Shown here: positions 45,537-63,665 of the stretch, one piece after another
Layout of the letters: each line of letters opens with the position of its first letter
Position numbering within the stretch: position 1 is the stretch's first letter
NCBI RefSeq assembly: GCF_009914755.1
Contig: NC_060929.1
DNA: 64,000 bases
Direction: 5' to 3' (one strand)
DNA from: the human T2T-CHM13v2.0 reference genome, Homo sapiens
Made by a program: the position numbers and the translations under genes
Notes under the pieces: model-generated
What the model was told of the DNA's origin: nothing
Seen by the model: the letters and a program-made list of their open reading frames with translations, nothing else
Database searches by the model: none

Positions 45537-47140
45537 TGATGGTGGTGGCAGCCTATCTGGAGCAGCTGCTGTGGAGACGCCAGCTGTGGCTGGGGAGGTG
45601 TGGCCAGGGCTGCACCCATCGGGGCTGTGCACTCTGCAGAGCCAGCAGGGGCTGGGAACAGGCGGGAGCTTTGTGCTCCTGGGTGCAGCTGCAGCTGCCC
45701 AGCTGCAGCTTGGGGCCCAGGAAGCCCCCTGCCCCTGTAGGCTTGAAAGTGCCTGCTCTCACCCCCTGGCCTCTCCCTGCTTCTGGCGCCTGCTCCAGGG
45801 TGGAGCAAAGCTGTGGCCAAGTCCAGGCACTGTTGCAACCCGGCCAGGTATGTGCATGCTCAGAGTGGTGCTGACATGCCAGCCCCTTGCCACCATCGTC
45901 CCCTCTGGACTTTGGGTATCGACAAGCGTAGGAGGGGGGCCGCAGGGGCTGAGGGCAGCTTGGCACCAGCCTGCAGGCGCCTCTTGGGACAGTCAGTTTG
46001 GGTGCCGTGGATGGCATGTTAAAGGCAGACAGGTTCCTAGGCAGAAAGGGGTGGGTCCCTGGTGAAACTTTACCTCAGGCCAGCGATGGCCTGAAGCCTG
46101 GGGGCTGGGCTGCCAGTTCTAGGTGAAGTCCGTGGCCCAGAGTGAGAACTTCATTGATGACTGTTTGGCAAATTTGATGGGGCTTTTTCTAGGCCCACCA
46201 TGGCTGCCCATGGATGAATCAGTATGCAGTTCCCTGATTCTGAGCACATAAAAATCCCAGGCTCAGCCAGACACACATTAATCCAGATGACCTGCTTGCA
46301 GAAAGGAGCTACCCACTATGGGTCTCCTCCGCTGAGAGCTGGATGCTTGTTGGGACAACCTGCCTGTGGAAAGGAGCTGCCCACTACAGGTCTCCTCCCT
46401 TCTGAGTTGGGCACACATTGGGACAACCTGCCTGCAGAAAGGACCTACCCACTTTGAGTCTCCTGAGAGCCATTCTGTCGCTCAGTGAAGCTCCTCTCTG
46501 CCTTGCTCATCCTCCAGTTGTCTGCATACCTCATTCTTTCTGGATGTGGGACAAGTGCTTGGGACCTACTGAATGGTGGGACTAAAAAGAGCTGTAACAC
46601 GAGCACAGTAGAAACATGCCCTCCAGTCACTACGTTGCGTGCAACGAGAAAGAGAGAAGATCTGTGGCCCTTCTGGGATTCCAGAGCTTGGGGCTACCTG
46701 AGCCAGGACTGTGACATGCTGTAACACCCTCTTTGGGACTCTGTGGTTCCTGGTATCTCTGAGCTTTCTGGTGCCATCGTTTTCCCCCTGTCCAGATGCT
46801 ACTGAAGCTACGTGTTGTATGTCTGGTCCAACTGCAGCCTTGCACAGAGCCAGCGCCTGTGCTGGTGCCTGCCTGGAGCTGCCTGTCCTGCAGCAGCTGG
46901 TGTGCCTGGCTGTACACAGTGGACAGATCCCGCGCTTGCTCACTCACACACCCCTTGCTGCTCCACTCCTGGCTCACCCTTGGCATGTGTGGGATCCAGG
47001 CCAGTAGTGTGAGCTGAGTGCAGCCTGCCAGGCTGAGTGGATGGAATGAGTTCAGCGGGCACAAGTGAAACCCAAGCAGAGGCACCACTGGCTACAGAGG
47101 TTTCTGGCTGGCAAAGCAACACCCTAATGATCCTGCGACA
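45537..47140 (+). mobile_element. MER52 (MER52A-like, ERV1) long solo LTR
   Basis: TG...CA ends (tgatggtggtggcagcc ... gatcctgcgaca); 4-bp TSD CTAA at 45533-45536 and 47141-47144; GC-rich, CpG-depleted, with internal acctgcctg/acccact repeats. Confidence 0.85.
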
Positions 47141-48211
47141 CTAATATCTTTTTTTTTTTTTCCCTCCTGATGCCTGTGACTCTGCCAGACCCCTGTTATC
47201 TTTTTGCTTACTTAATTTCTATCCTTTGGTTGGTTTCTCCTCCTTTCAGTCTTGGACTGCCAGGTTCTCATGGGTTTTATCCTTGACTCTCTGCTTTTCT
47301 GTCAACATTCAGTCTGTTGGTTTCATCTGTCACCTTTAAGTAATTGACTCTTGAATTTGGATTTTTAACCTTAATATTTTACCTAAAGGTAAAACTTCCA
47401 GCTGAAACGATTATAGTTTACTCAAAGTAGTTCCATATTCTTGTTCTTTCATTTCTATTGATACTGTCATGATTATTGATTTCTAAAGCCTTAAAAATTT
47501 TATTGAATTGTCTCTCTTTTGTTCACTAAATCCATTCACTAGGTCAAGAATCTTTCATTTTAATTCGCATTGACATTGTCAATTCTAGATCTTCATTTCT
47601 CAAGCTATGTTGGTATAATGGCTTCTTATGTCTTATTAGCTGCCAAATCAAAATCTATCTTTGTGTCTCTTTGTCCTTCTGTTTATTGAACGATAACATA
47701 CACACAGAAAAGTGTACAAATCATAAGTGTTCAGCTTGATGAATTTTCACAAACTGACCATACTTGTGCAGCTAGTACCAACAAATTAATCTTTTTAAAC
47801 TATTGTATTCATGATCTTGGTTTTCAAAAATTGTAACCTTGTGTTAACAAAAATTAATTTAAGGAGTTTGGGCTTTATTGGTTTCTTGAGCAGAGGACTA
47901 GCAGAAGATAAATTGGCATGCCATCTCCCACTACTTGTCACATAGAGTTTAATTTTGGAGATGTTTGCTATTTTAACTGTATCTCATACTCACTTTTTTT
48001 TTTTTGCCTTATACATCTCTATTTCCTGAAATACATTTCCCATTTGACTTTCTATATTCTAAATCATGATCATTATTTCAGTCCTAATTCATATCTTGCC
48101 ATTTCTAAGAAATTTTCTGGGTTATTCCAGCTTTAATTAACTTGCAGTAATATTTGCAATAACAACAACAAAAACCCAGGAGATATCTGAAATATCTACC
48201 AACAGGAATTT

Positions 48212-48517
48212 TCTTTTTCTTCTTCTTCTTTTTTTTTTTTTAAAAGACAGTGTCTCATTCTGTTGCCCTGGCTGGAGTGCAGTCTTGGCTCACTGCAACC
48301 TCCGCTTCCCAGGTTCAAGTGATTCTTGTGTCTCAGACTCCCAAGTAGCTAGGACTACAGGTGCACGCCACCATACCCAGCCAATTTTTGTATTTTTAGT
48401 AGAGATGGGGTTTTGCCATGTTGGACAGGCTGGTCTCGAACTCCTGACCTCAAGTGATCCACCTGCCTCAGCCTCCCAAAATGCTGGGATTACAGGTGTG
48501 AGCCACCACACCTGGCC
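48212..48517 (-). mobile_element. AluS, antisense
   Basis: TSD-like acca(a/g)caggaattt on both sides. Confidence 0.95.
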
Positions 48518-48659
48518 CACCAGCAGGAATTTTTGATGAGAGAAAGGTAAACATTGTTATTACAATGCATTTAGAAACAGAAGTGATATTTTTCCAAGTT
48601 ACAGAATAAAATGAACCACAATATCAGATACAGTTTTTTTTAAAAAATGTAAAGTATTC

Positions 48660-48822
48660 GTTGGGTGCAATGGCTTGTGCCTGTAGTTTCAGCTACTTGG
48701 AAGGCCGAGGTGGGAGCATTGCTTGAGGCCAAGAGTTTGAGGTGGCAATGTGCTATTATTGTGCCTGTGAATAGCCACTGCACTCCAGCCTGGACAACAT
48801 AGGGAGATCCCATCTTAAAAAA
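48660..48822 (+). mobile_element. FAM/Alu monomer
   Basis: gtgcctgtgaatagccactgcactccagcctggacaacatag (7SL-like FAM signature). Confidence 0.8.
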
Positions 48823-48843
48823 CTGTATGTATACATATATGCA

Positions 48844-48849
48844 TACACA

Positions 48850-48885
<36 letters not shown>
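48844..48885. repeat. (CA)n microsatellite
   Basis: About 20 CA units directly visible. Confidence 0.95.
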
Positions 48886-48888
<3 letters not shown>

Positions 48889-49249
48889 TACATACATATA
48901 CATATGTGATTTTTTTTCTCTATTTGGAAAACTCTAATTTTTACCATGTCTTCAAATAAGATTATTGAAGTTAGAGAGCTAAAGCTCTTGCTTTTCTGTG
49001 TAGCTTAGAGGATATCAGCTGAATTAACAAGAAATTCACCTCTGGTATGGATGAACTAGAATGAAAGATAAAAGGTGTTTTTCTTCATTTCTTCTAACTG
49101 GCTCTGAAAGATTTTACTGCCTGAAATTCTAGGAAACTGGGGTACCAAATAAATTCTACCATCATTTTCAGGATTTATAATAAACAGGGTATTTTGGGGA
49201 AGCTTATGCTAACTGATCTTTAGATAATTATAAGTTATGCTGTAGTAAT

Positions 49250-51470
49250 TTTTTTAAACAGCTTTTTTGAACTATTATTTATAACCAAAGAATTCAGCCG
49301 TTGAAATTGTACAATTTGTTTTTAGTACATTCACAGTTATGCAGGCACTACTACAATCAATGTTAGAACATTTTCATCACCACAAAAGGAAATCCAGCAC
49401 CCACTAACAGTCATTCCTAATTTCACCCCACATTTGCCAGCCCTGATCAACTAGTAATCTAGTTTATAGATTTGCCCATTTTGAGCATTTCTTATTAATG
49501 AAATCATACCCTGTGATCTTTTGTGTCTGGTTTCTTTGACCTAGTAAAACATTTTCAAGGTTCATCCATGTTGTAGCCTGTATCAATACTTCCTTTTCAT
49601 TGCCAAATTATATTCCATTGTATGGATGTTGTCCCATTTTATTTATCTGTTCACCTGTTGATGGATATTTGGGTTGGTTCTACTTTGCAGCTATTGTGAA
49701 TAATGTTGCTTCAAACATTCATATGCAAGTTTTTGTATAGACATATGTTTTCATTTTGGTCGGGTATATACCTGGGAGGTGAATTTCTGGATCATATGCT
49801 AACTCTATGTTTTACGTTTCCAGGAACTGCCAAACTCTTTTCCGCAGTGGTTGCACCATTTAATGTTTCAGCTAGCAAGGGATGAAGATTCCATTCTCTT
49901 CAGTGCTAAACTACATGTCTGTCTTTTTTGATTAGAGACATTCTAATGGTGTGAAATAGTTATCTCATTATAGTTCTGATTTGAATTTTCCTGATATATT
50001 GAGCATCTTTTCATGAGCCTATTGGACATTTGTACATTTTTCTTAGAGAACTGTCCATTCAAATCCTTTGTCCATTTTTTTGTTCGTTTTTCTTATTATT
50101 GAGTTGTAAAAATTCTTTATGTCCTCCATCCAGAAGTTCCTTATCATATATATATACACACACATATATGTATATACATATATATGATATATATATATAC
50201 ATATATATATGATTTGTAAATATTTTCTCCCATTCTGTAGGTTGTCTTTTCACTTTCTTGATGGTGTCCTTTGAAGCATGGAAGTTTTAAATTTTGATGA
50301 AATCCAACTAATGTGTTTTTATTTTGTCATTTGTGCTTTTGTTGTTGTATCTAAGAAACCATTGCCTAAGCCAAGGTTACAAAGATTACTTGTATGTTTT
50401 ATTCTGAGAATTTTATAGTTTTAGCTCTGATACTTAGGTATGTCATCCATTCACAGTTAATGTTTTGTGTGCGGTCCAAGGAAGGCATCCTGCTTCATTG
50501 TTTTGCATGTGGAAATCCAGTTGTCCCAGAACCAGTTGTTGAAAAGACTTTTCTTTTCCAATGGAATGGACTTGGCACCCATGTAGAAAATCACTTTACC
50601 ATAAATGTAAAGATTTGCATTTGGCCCCTCTAGTCTATTCCATTGATTTCTATGTTTATCCAGATGCCATTACCATAGTGTGTTGATCACTGTAGCTTTT
50701 TAGTAGGTTTTGAAATCAGAAAGTGTGAATCTTCCAACTTCGTGCCTCTTTTCAAGTTATTTCATGTTATTTTGGCTCCCTTACTTTTCTGTATAGATTT
50801 TAGGATAGCTTGTCAAGTTCTATAAAAAAGCTAGCCGAGATATTAATATGGATTGTGTTAAATTTGTAGATCAAATTGGAGAATCTTTCTTAACAATATT
50901 AAATCTTTTGATCTGTGAACATGAATATTTCAATTTACTTAGTTCTTTTAAAATTACTTTCTTTTTTGAGACGGAGTTTTGCTCTTGTTGCCCAGGCTGG
51001 AGTGCAGTGGGCGTGATTTTGACTCACTGCAACCTCCACTTCCTGGTTAAGTGATTCACCTGCCTCAGCCTCCGAGTAGCTGGGATTACAGGCATGCGCC
51101 ACCACGCACGGCTAATTTTGTATTTTTAGTAGAGACGGAGTTTCTCCAGGTTGATCAGGCTGGTCCCAAACTCCTGACCTCAGGTGATCCACCTGCCTCA
51201 GCCTCCCAAAGTGCTGGGATTACAGGTGTGAGCCACTGCACCTGGCCCTAAAATTACTTTCAACAGTGTCTTAAGCTTACAAGTTTTGCTTTTTTTTTTT
51301 TGTAAAATTTATTCCTAAGTATTTTATTCTTTTTTGGTGCTTTTGTAATAGAATTGTTTTCTAATTTCATTTTTGGATTGTTCAATGATGGTATCTAGAA
51401 ATATAATTTATTTTTCTATATTGTATAAATATAATTTATTTTGTATATTGACCTTGTACCCTGTACTATT
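49250..51470 (-). mobile_element. L1MB-type 3' region with (TA)n at ~50146-50210 and an Alu at 50962-51247
   Basis: [11 protein letters not shown] remnant; Alu TSD taaaattactttc on both sides. Confidence 0.85.
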
Positions 51471-51474
51471 ACTT

Positions 51475-56410
<4,936 letters not shown>

Positions 56411-56735
56411 ATTTTAATGGTTTTTGTTGCATTACATAGGATTTTCTTCATACAAGATGATGTAATTTGCAAATTAAGATAGTTTTACTTCTTCCTTTCC
56501 GATCTGAATGCCCCTTTTATTTCGTTTGTTTCACTGTAATGGCTAAGACCTCTGGAGTAATGTTGAAGCCAACAATAGGGTGGACTTCTTCATCTTGTTT
56601 CTGATCTTTGGAAGAAAGTATTCAGTTGTGTTTTTTTTTTTTAACCCCAAAGAAGAATCTATCATAACTTTTTTTTTTTTTGAAGACTAATTTCCTTTTT
56701 ATTTAAGAGTTTTTCTCTTTTGTTTACATACACAG

Positions 56736-56794
56736 ATATGTGCTGATTAGAAGGCTCACTTGTGCAGTGTGGAGGATAACCAGTGCCTTACAAA
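56736..56794 (+). other. FER: 5' UTR part of the FER first coding exon (exon 56736-57001)
   Basis: Acceptor tttttctcttttgtttacatacacag|ATATG; in-frame TAA at 56777-56779 upstream of the start ATG. Confidence 0.88.
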
Positions 56795-57001
56795 ATGGGG
56801 TTTGGGAGTGACCTGAAGAATTCACATGAAGCAGTGTTAAAATTGCAAGACTGGGAATTACGGTTACTGGAAACAGTAAAGAAATTTATGGCCCTGAGAA
56901 TAAAAAGTGATAAAGAATATGCATCTACTTTACAGAACCTTTGTAATCAAGTTGATAAGGAAAGTACTGTCCAAATGAATTATGTCAGCAACGTATCCAA
57001 G
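56795..57001 (+). CDS. FER: Tyrosine-protein kinase Fer, first coding exon (aa 1-69, N-terminal FCH/F-BAR domain); gene continues beyond the window
   Basis: [69 protein letters not shown]; strong Kozak aaaATGg; phase-0 donor AAG|GTAAGA at 57002. Confidence 0.97.
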
Positions 57002-57177
57002 GTAAGAAGAATAATTTCACTCTTTGTTATTTATAACATTATAATTGTCCTTAAAATGCAATAGCTCAAACTATTGAATGAGCATACTTAAGTCAGCATT
57101 CTAAAGCAGTGATTCCACAGTTTTACAGAGTATGAAAATCTCATGGAGAAGTTTTTAAAAATTATAAATTTTGGAGT

Positions 57178-57452
57178 GGCCGGGCATGGTGGCTCACACC
57201 TGTAATCCTAGCACTTTGGAAGGCTGAGGCAGCAACATCACTTTAGCCTAGGAGTTTGAGACCAGCCTGGGGAAAGTGGTGAAACCCTGTCTCTACAAAA
57301 AATATGAAAATTAGCTGGGCGTGGTAGCATGTGACTGTAGTCCTAGCTACTTGGGAGGTTGAGGTGGGAGGATTGCTTGAGCCTGTTAGATCAAGGCTGC
57401 AGTGAGCCGTGGGTGACAGAGTGAGACCCTGTCTCAAAAAACAAAACAAAAA
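57178..57452 (+). mobile_element. AluJ, sense
   Basis: ggccgggcatggtggctca...gaggattgcttgagcct...tail. Confidence 0.92.
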
Positions 57453-58142
57453 ATTCCCTAATTTTTTGTGCCTCTCTGATATTCTGTATTCTATAGCTGT
57501 ACCTCTCTGATGCTCTGACTTAATGGGTCAGGTTTGAGAACCATTGTTACAAATTTTGGTTTCTTTTATTAACTCTTCTGGCTTTGGGTCATTTGAACCC
57601 TGCTATTTTTCCCTTTTGCACAAACTTTAGTTATAAACCACTCCCTGAATTCTTCTGTGAACCATTAGTGTTGTGAATCATATGGAATATTTTAGCATGT
57701 AGCTCTTATTTGCTATCATTTCAGTACAAAAATATTAGTATATTGTTGAGTTAGTCACTCTTAAAACATCCATTAGATGAATAATGTATTTTTTAAATCC
57801 AAGATTATTCTGTCATATAAAAATAAGGGCCAGAATTACACTGTTAATTGTTCTTTGAAAACATTGAAGAAGAAATATTAAACTCTAATAGTTCTTGGAT
57901 TCTTGCTTTGTTACTTCCAGTGTCTTATTTAAATATCATATTTCACTATAGAATTTTAAAAAAATTAATCTTCTTTCACTTTTGGGTCTTAGGATTTGAG
58001 TAAATTTTAGAGGAAAACTCTGTTACCTGTGGAGACTGTGTATATAGTGTGTTTGATCAAGTAAGGAGTTGTGATTCTGTTAAGAACCCAGTAATGTTCA
58101 TATCTTTAACTTCCTTTCTGGGCCAGTATCTAGTCTGAAGGT

Positions 58143-58287
58143 AGAGCTGCCAGAGATGGCCACAAAAAATACAGGACACCATTTGAATTTGCATGCAGTA
58201 TTTAGGACAAACATACATTAAAAATTATTTGTTATTTATCTGAAATTCAAATTTAACTGGATATCCTTTATTTTATTTGGCAATTTC
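58143..58287. mobile_element. MER53-like palindromic hAT MITE (degenerate)
   Basis: gctgccaga...aaaaatacaggac ... tttatctgaaattcaaatttaactgg...ttggcaa. Confidence 0.65.
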
Positions 58288-58441
58288 ATCTGTGGGTATA
58301 AAGCCTTCTATTATGTTAATGGGAATAGATAGGGAAAGTATTTTTGGTATTTTAAAAGTCACATTTTATTTAATCTTCTTGTTTTTGGTAAGCTACCTGG
58401 TGTTTCTGAGTCCAAAGGCTTTCTGCTTCATTTATCCCTCT

Positions 58442-58716
58442 TGTTTTCTTTTCTTTTCTTTTTTTTTTTTTTGAGATGCAGTCTCACTTTCTCGCCCAGG
58501 CTGGAGTACGGTGGTGCAATCTTGGCTCACTAAAACCTCTGCCTCCCGGGTTCAGGTGATTCTTGTGTCTCCGCCTCATGAGTAGCTGGGATTACAGGTG
58601 TGTACCACTACACCTGGCTAATTTTTGTATTTTTAGTGCAGATGGGGTTTCATCATGTTGGCTAGGCTGGTCTTGAACTCCTGACCTCAAATGATCTACC
58701 TGCCTCGGTCTCCTGA
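58442..58716 (-). mobile_element. AluS, antisense, 5'-truncated
   Basis: Alu reverse-complement motifs. Confidence 0.92.
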
Positions 58717-58967
58717 GCTTTAACGGAGTCATCTGACCTCATAAATCTTGACCTCCCTTTTGCAGGACACTTAGGTTTTAACTTTTCCTCATATGCTAAT
58801 TAGTTACCACTTATCTGCTTTTCATTTTCTTACATTCTGTTGACATATCTTATTTGCCATTGTCACATAGTTTCTATTTTCTTTGTTATTGCTAATTTAT
58901 ACATTAAATTAACAGTTGAACAATGGTTGAGAACTCACAGAAAATCAAGGAGTATGTCAGCCTTTCC

Positions 58968-59292
<325 letters not shown>

Positions 59293-59376
59293 TGATTTAT
59301 TCTACCTATAAGTAAAGTCTACCTTTTAAAAAGAGGATTGTGCTTTTCGTATTATATCTTAAAAAATCTTTGCCTG

Positions 59377-59706
<330 letters not shown>

Positions 59707-60040
59707 TTATCATCTGGAAATTTTTATAGTTTTAAGTTTTGTTTGTAGGTCTATGATTTATTTTTATTTAATTTTTGTACATGTGGCAAGCTATGGATTG
59801 AAGTTCATATTTTTATCTTTTTTTGCTTCTGGATACCCATTTGTTCTAACTTCATTTGTTGAAAACACTAAGCTTTCTCCATTGAATTGCCTTTGCATCT
59901 TTGTTTAAAATCAGTTAACCATAATGCGAGTCTATTTTTATACTCTTTATTCTGTTCCATTCATATTTTTGTCTATCATGACATCAGTAACACATTTAAT
60001 TATTTGTTCCTTGATAATAATATCAAAGTCAGGTAGTGTA

Positions 60041-60750
60041 CAGTAGTCATCCCTTATTCATGGGAGATATGTTCTAATATCCCCAGTAGATGCCTGAAGC
60101 TGTGGATAGTACTGAACGTCCATTGTTGTCCATCAGAATATGTTTCTTTTCATGCCTTCCACCCACACATTTAATTCCTTTTCCATCTTAACTAAGCACT
60201 TATCACGTACTATGCATATAACTTTTGCAGTTTGAAGTGCAACATCAAAAATTCAAAGGTGCAAATTTCCTTTTTCTTCTTTTTCACAGTTGCATGGATA
60301 GAAGATTCATTCTTACTGTAGCTCTTAGCAAACTCAGCATATGTTTTTTTTCTTTCCTTAAGTTGAGAACTTTCATCCCTTCACCCAAAGGAGACACTTT
60401 CTGTCTTCTTTTTGGCATATCCAAATTACCGGCATCACTATCCTTGCAGTTTGGGGCTATTATTAAGTTAAATAAAGGTTCCTTAAACACAAGCACTGCT
60501 ATAGCAAGGATAACTGAGATGGCTACTAAGTGAGTAATATTCAAGTAGCATATACAGCATGGATACACTAGACAAAGGGATGATTCATATCCTGGGCAGG
60601 ACAGAGTGGGGAGGCTAGGTATTTCATCATACTACTCAGAGCGGTGTCACCTTAAAACTTACGAATTGTTTATTTCTGGAATTTTCCATTTTTGGATTAC
60701 GTGCAATCAAAACTGCAGGAAGCAAAACAACAGATTAAGGGGTACTACTG
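60041..60750. mobile_element. MER44 (Tigger7-derived, MER44C-sized) DNA transposon
   Basis: TIRs cagtagtcatcccttat ... taaggggtactactg; preceded by TA; ~710 bp. Confidence 0.8.
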
Positions 60751-60964
60751 AACTTATTTTTTTTTTCAAAATTATTTTGTCTTTTCTAAATGTTGTGCAT
60801 CTCCTTACAAATTTTAGGAGCACCTTACCAATCATTTTTTTTAAAAGGCTACTGGGATTTTGCTTGGAATTATATTGAATGTATAGATAAATTTGGGGAA
60901 AATCTATATCTTAACAGTATTGGGTCTTTCAATAAATAAAAATGATATACATTTTAAATTGTTA

Positions 60965-63665
60965 AAAAATAATTCAACTTTTATTTTAGATTCCGGGGGT
61001 ACACATGCAGGTTTGTTACCTGGATATATTGTGTGATGCTGAGGTTTATGGTATGAATGACCCCATTACCAAAGTCGTAAGCATAATACCCAATAGTTTT
61101 TCAGCCTTTCCCCCCGTCCTTCCCTCTCCCCTCTAATATTCTGTAGTGCCCATTGTTTCCATCTTTATATCCTTGTGTACCCAATGTTTAGCTGCCACTT
61201 ATAAGTGAGAACATGGAGTATTTGTTTTTTTTTGTTCCTGTGTTAATTTGCTTAGGATAATGGCCTCCAGCTGCATACATGTTGCTGCAAAGGGCATGAT
61301 TTCTTTCTTTTTTATGACCATATAGTATTCTGTGGTGCATATGTGCTGCATTTTCTTCACTCAGAGCGGTATCACCTTAAAACTTACGAATTTTCTGTTT
61401 TCTGTTTCTACAAAACAGAAACAGGTGTCTGTTTGGTAGAACTATTTATTTTCTTTTGGCTGTATACCCACTAATGGGACTGCTAGGTCTAATGGTAGTT
61501 CTGTTTTAATTTCTTTGAGAAATCTCTAGAGTGCTTTCTCTAGTGGCTGAACTAATTTACATTTCCACCAACAGTGTATTAAGTGTTCGCGTCTCTCCAC
61601 AACCTCACGAGCATGTGTTGTTTTTTTGACGTTTTAATTATAGCCATTCTTACTGGTGTGAGATGGTATCTCATTGTGGTCTTGATTTGCATTTATCTGA
61701 TAATTAATGACGTTGAGCATTTTATCATGTGTTTGTTGGCCACTTGTATGTCTTCCTTTGAGAAGTATCTATTAATGTCCTATGCCCACTTTTTAATGTT
61801 TTTTTTTCTTGATGATTTGTTTAAGTTCTGTGTAGAACATTAGTCCTTTGTTGGATGCATGGTTTATGATTATTTTCTCCCATTCTGTAGGTTGTCTGTT
61901 TACTCTGTTGGTAGTTACTTTTGTTGTATAGAAGCTCTTTAGTTTGATTAAGTCCCACTTGTCAATTTTCATTTTTGTTGCAATTGCTTTTGAGAATTTA
62001 GTCATAAATTTCTTCCCACAGCTGATACCCAGAATGGTGTTTCCCAGGTTTTCTTCTAGGATTCTTATAGTTTGAGGTCTTACATTTAAATCTTTAATCC
62101 ATTCTGAATTAATTTTTGTACATGGTGAAAGGTAGGGGACAAGTTTCATTCTTCTGCATATAAAGCTAGCCAGCTATCCCAGCAGCATTTATTAAATAGG
62201 GAGTTCTTTCCCTGTTGCTTATTTTTGATGAAAGATCAGATGGCTGTAGGTTTGCATTTTTTTTTTTTAATTTCTGTGTTTTCTAATCTGTTCCATTGGT
62301 CTATGTGTCTTTTTTTGTACCACTACCATGCTGTTTTGGTTATTGTAGCTTTATAGTATAGTTTGAACTTGCGTAACATCAAGCCACTGGCTTTGTTCTC
62401 TTTACTTAGGACTGCTTTGGCTATTTGGGCGACTTTTTGGTTGCATATGAATTTTATTATAGTTTTTTCCCAGTTCTGTGAGAAATGACAGTAGTTTGAT
62501 AGGAATAGTGTTGAATCTGTAGATTGCTTTGGGCTGTATGGGCATTTAATGATATTGATTCTTTCAGACCGTCCGCACAGAATGTTTTTCCATTTGTTTG
62601 TGTCATCTGTGATTTCTTTCAGCAGTGTCTTGTAGTGCTTCTTATAGGGATCTTTTATTTTCTTGGTTAAATGTATCCCTAGGTGTTTTATTTTATTTTT
62701 TTGTTTCTCTTGTAAATGGCATTGCATTCTTGATTTGGCTATCAGCTTGAATGTTATTAGTATATAGAATTGGTGCTGATTTTTCTAATTTATTTTGTAT
62801 CCTGATTGTTTACTGAAGTCGTTTATCAGTTTCAGGAGCCTTTTGGTGAAGTACTTAGGGCTTTGTAGGTATAGATGCATGTCATCCATTAAGAGAGATA
62901 GTTTGACTTCTTTTCCTATTTGGGTGCCTTTTATTTTTTTCTCTTGCCTGATTGTTCTGGCTAGGACTTCTAGTACTATACTGTATTGGAGTGGTGAGAG
63001 TGTGCATCCTTGTCTTGTTCCAGTTCTCAAGGGGAATAGCTCAAGCATTTGCCGTTCAGTATGATGTGGGCTGTGTGTTTGTCATAGATGGCTCTTACTG
63101 TTTTGAATTATATTCCTTCCATGCCTAGTTTATTGAGGATTTTTATCATGAAGCGATGATGGATTTTATCAAACGCTTCAATCTCAATCATTAATTGAGA
63201 TTATTATATGGTTTTGTTTCTGATTGTGTTCGTGTGACAAATTACAGTTATTGATTTGTATATGTTGATCCAACCTTGCATCACAGGAATGAAGCCTATT
63301 GGATCATGATGAATTAATTTTTTGATGTGTTGCTTGATTCAGTTTGCTATTAATAGTATTTCATTGAGGATTTTTGTGTTTATGTTCATCATGGATATTG
63401 ACCTGCAGTTTTCTGCTTTTGTTGTGTCTTTGCCAAGTTTTGGTATCAGTGTGATGCTGGCTTTTTAGAATGAATTAGGTAGAATTCCCTCCTACTTGAT
63501 TTTTTGGAATAGTTTCTGTAGAATTGGTACTACCTCTTTGTACATCTAGTAGAATTTGGCTGTGAATCCATTTAGTCTGCTTTTTTTTTTTAATTGGATA
63601 GGTTTTTTATTACTGATTCAATTTGGAGCTGGATATTGGTCTTTTCAGGGTTTCAGTTTCTTCCT
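60965..63665 (-). mobile_element. L1PA/L1PB 3' UTR plus ORF2 region
   Basis: ORF2 remnants [37 protein letters not shown] (RT), [21 protein letters not shown]. Confidence 0.93.

Noticed and set aside
46280-46470. Spaced short repeats (acctgcctg...acccact..ggtctcct) superficially CRISPR-like
   Set aside because: Internal tandem repeats of the MER52 LTR in eukaryotic DNA; no cas genes and no unique spacers
45469-47122. Cluster of ORFs up to 198 aa
   Set aside because: Lie in the GC-rich MER52 LTR; no protein-family features
56795-56815. Met-Gly start as an N-myristoylation signal
   Set aside because: MGFGSD has Asp rather than Ser/Thr at position 6
56783-57064. ORF-track extension of FER (MPYK- N-terminus and VRRIISLF... 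C-terminus)
   Set aside because: The GTG start is in weak context versus the strong ATG at 56795; the tail is intron read-through past the GTAAGA donor
61793-63048. Reverse-transcriptase-like ORFs as an active retroelement
   Set aside because: Fragmented L1 ORF2 with frameshifts and stops, interrupted by THE1
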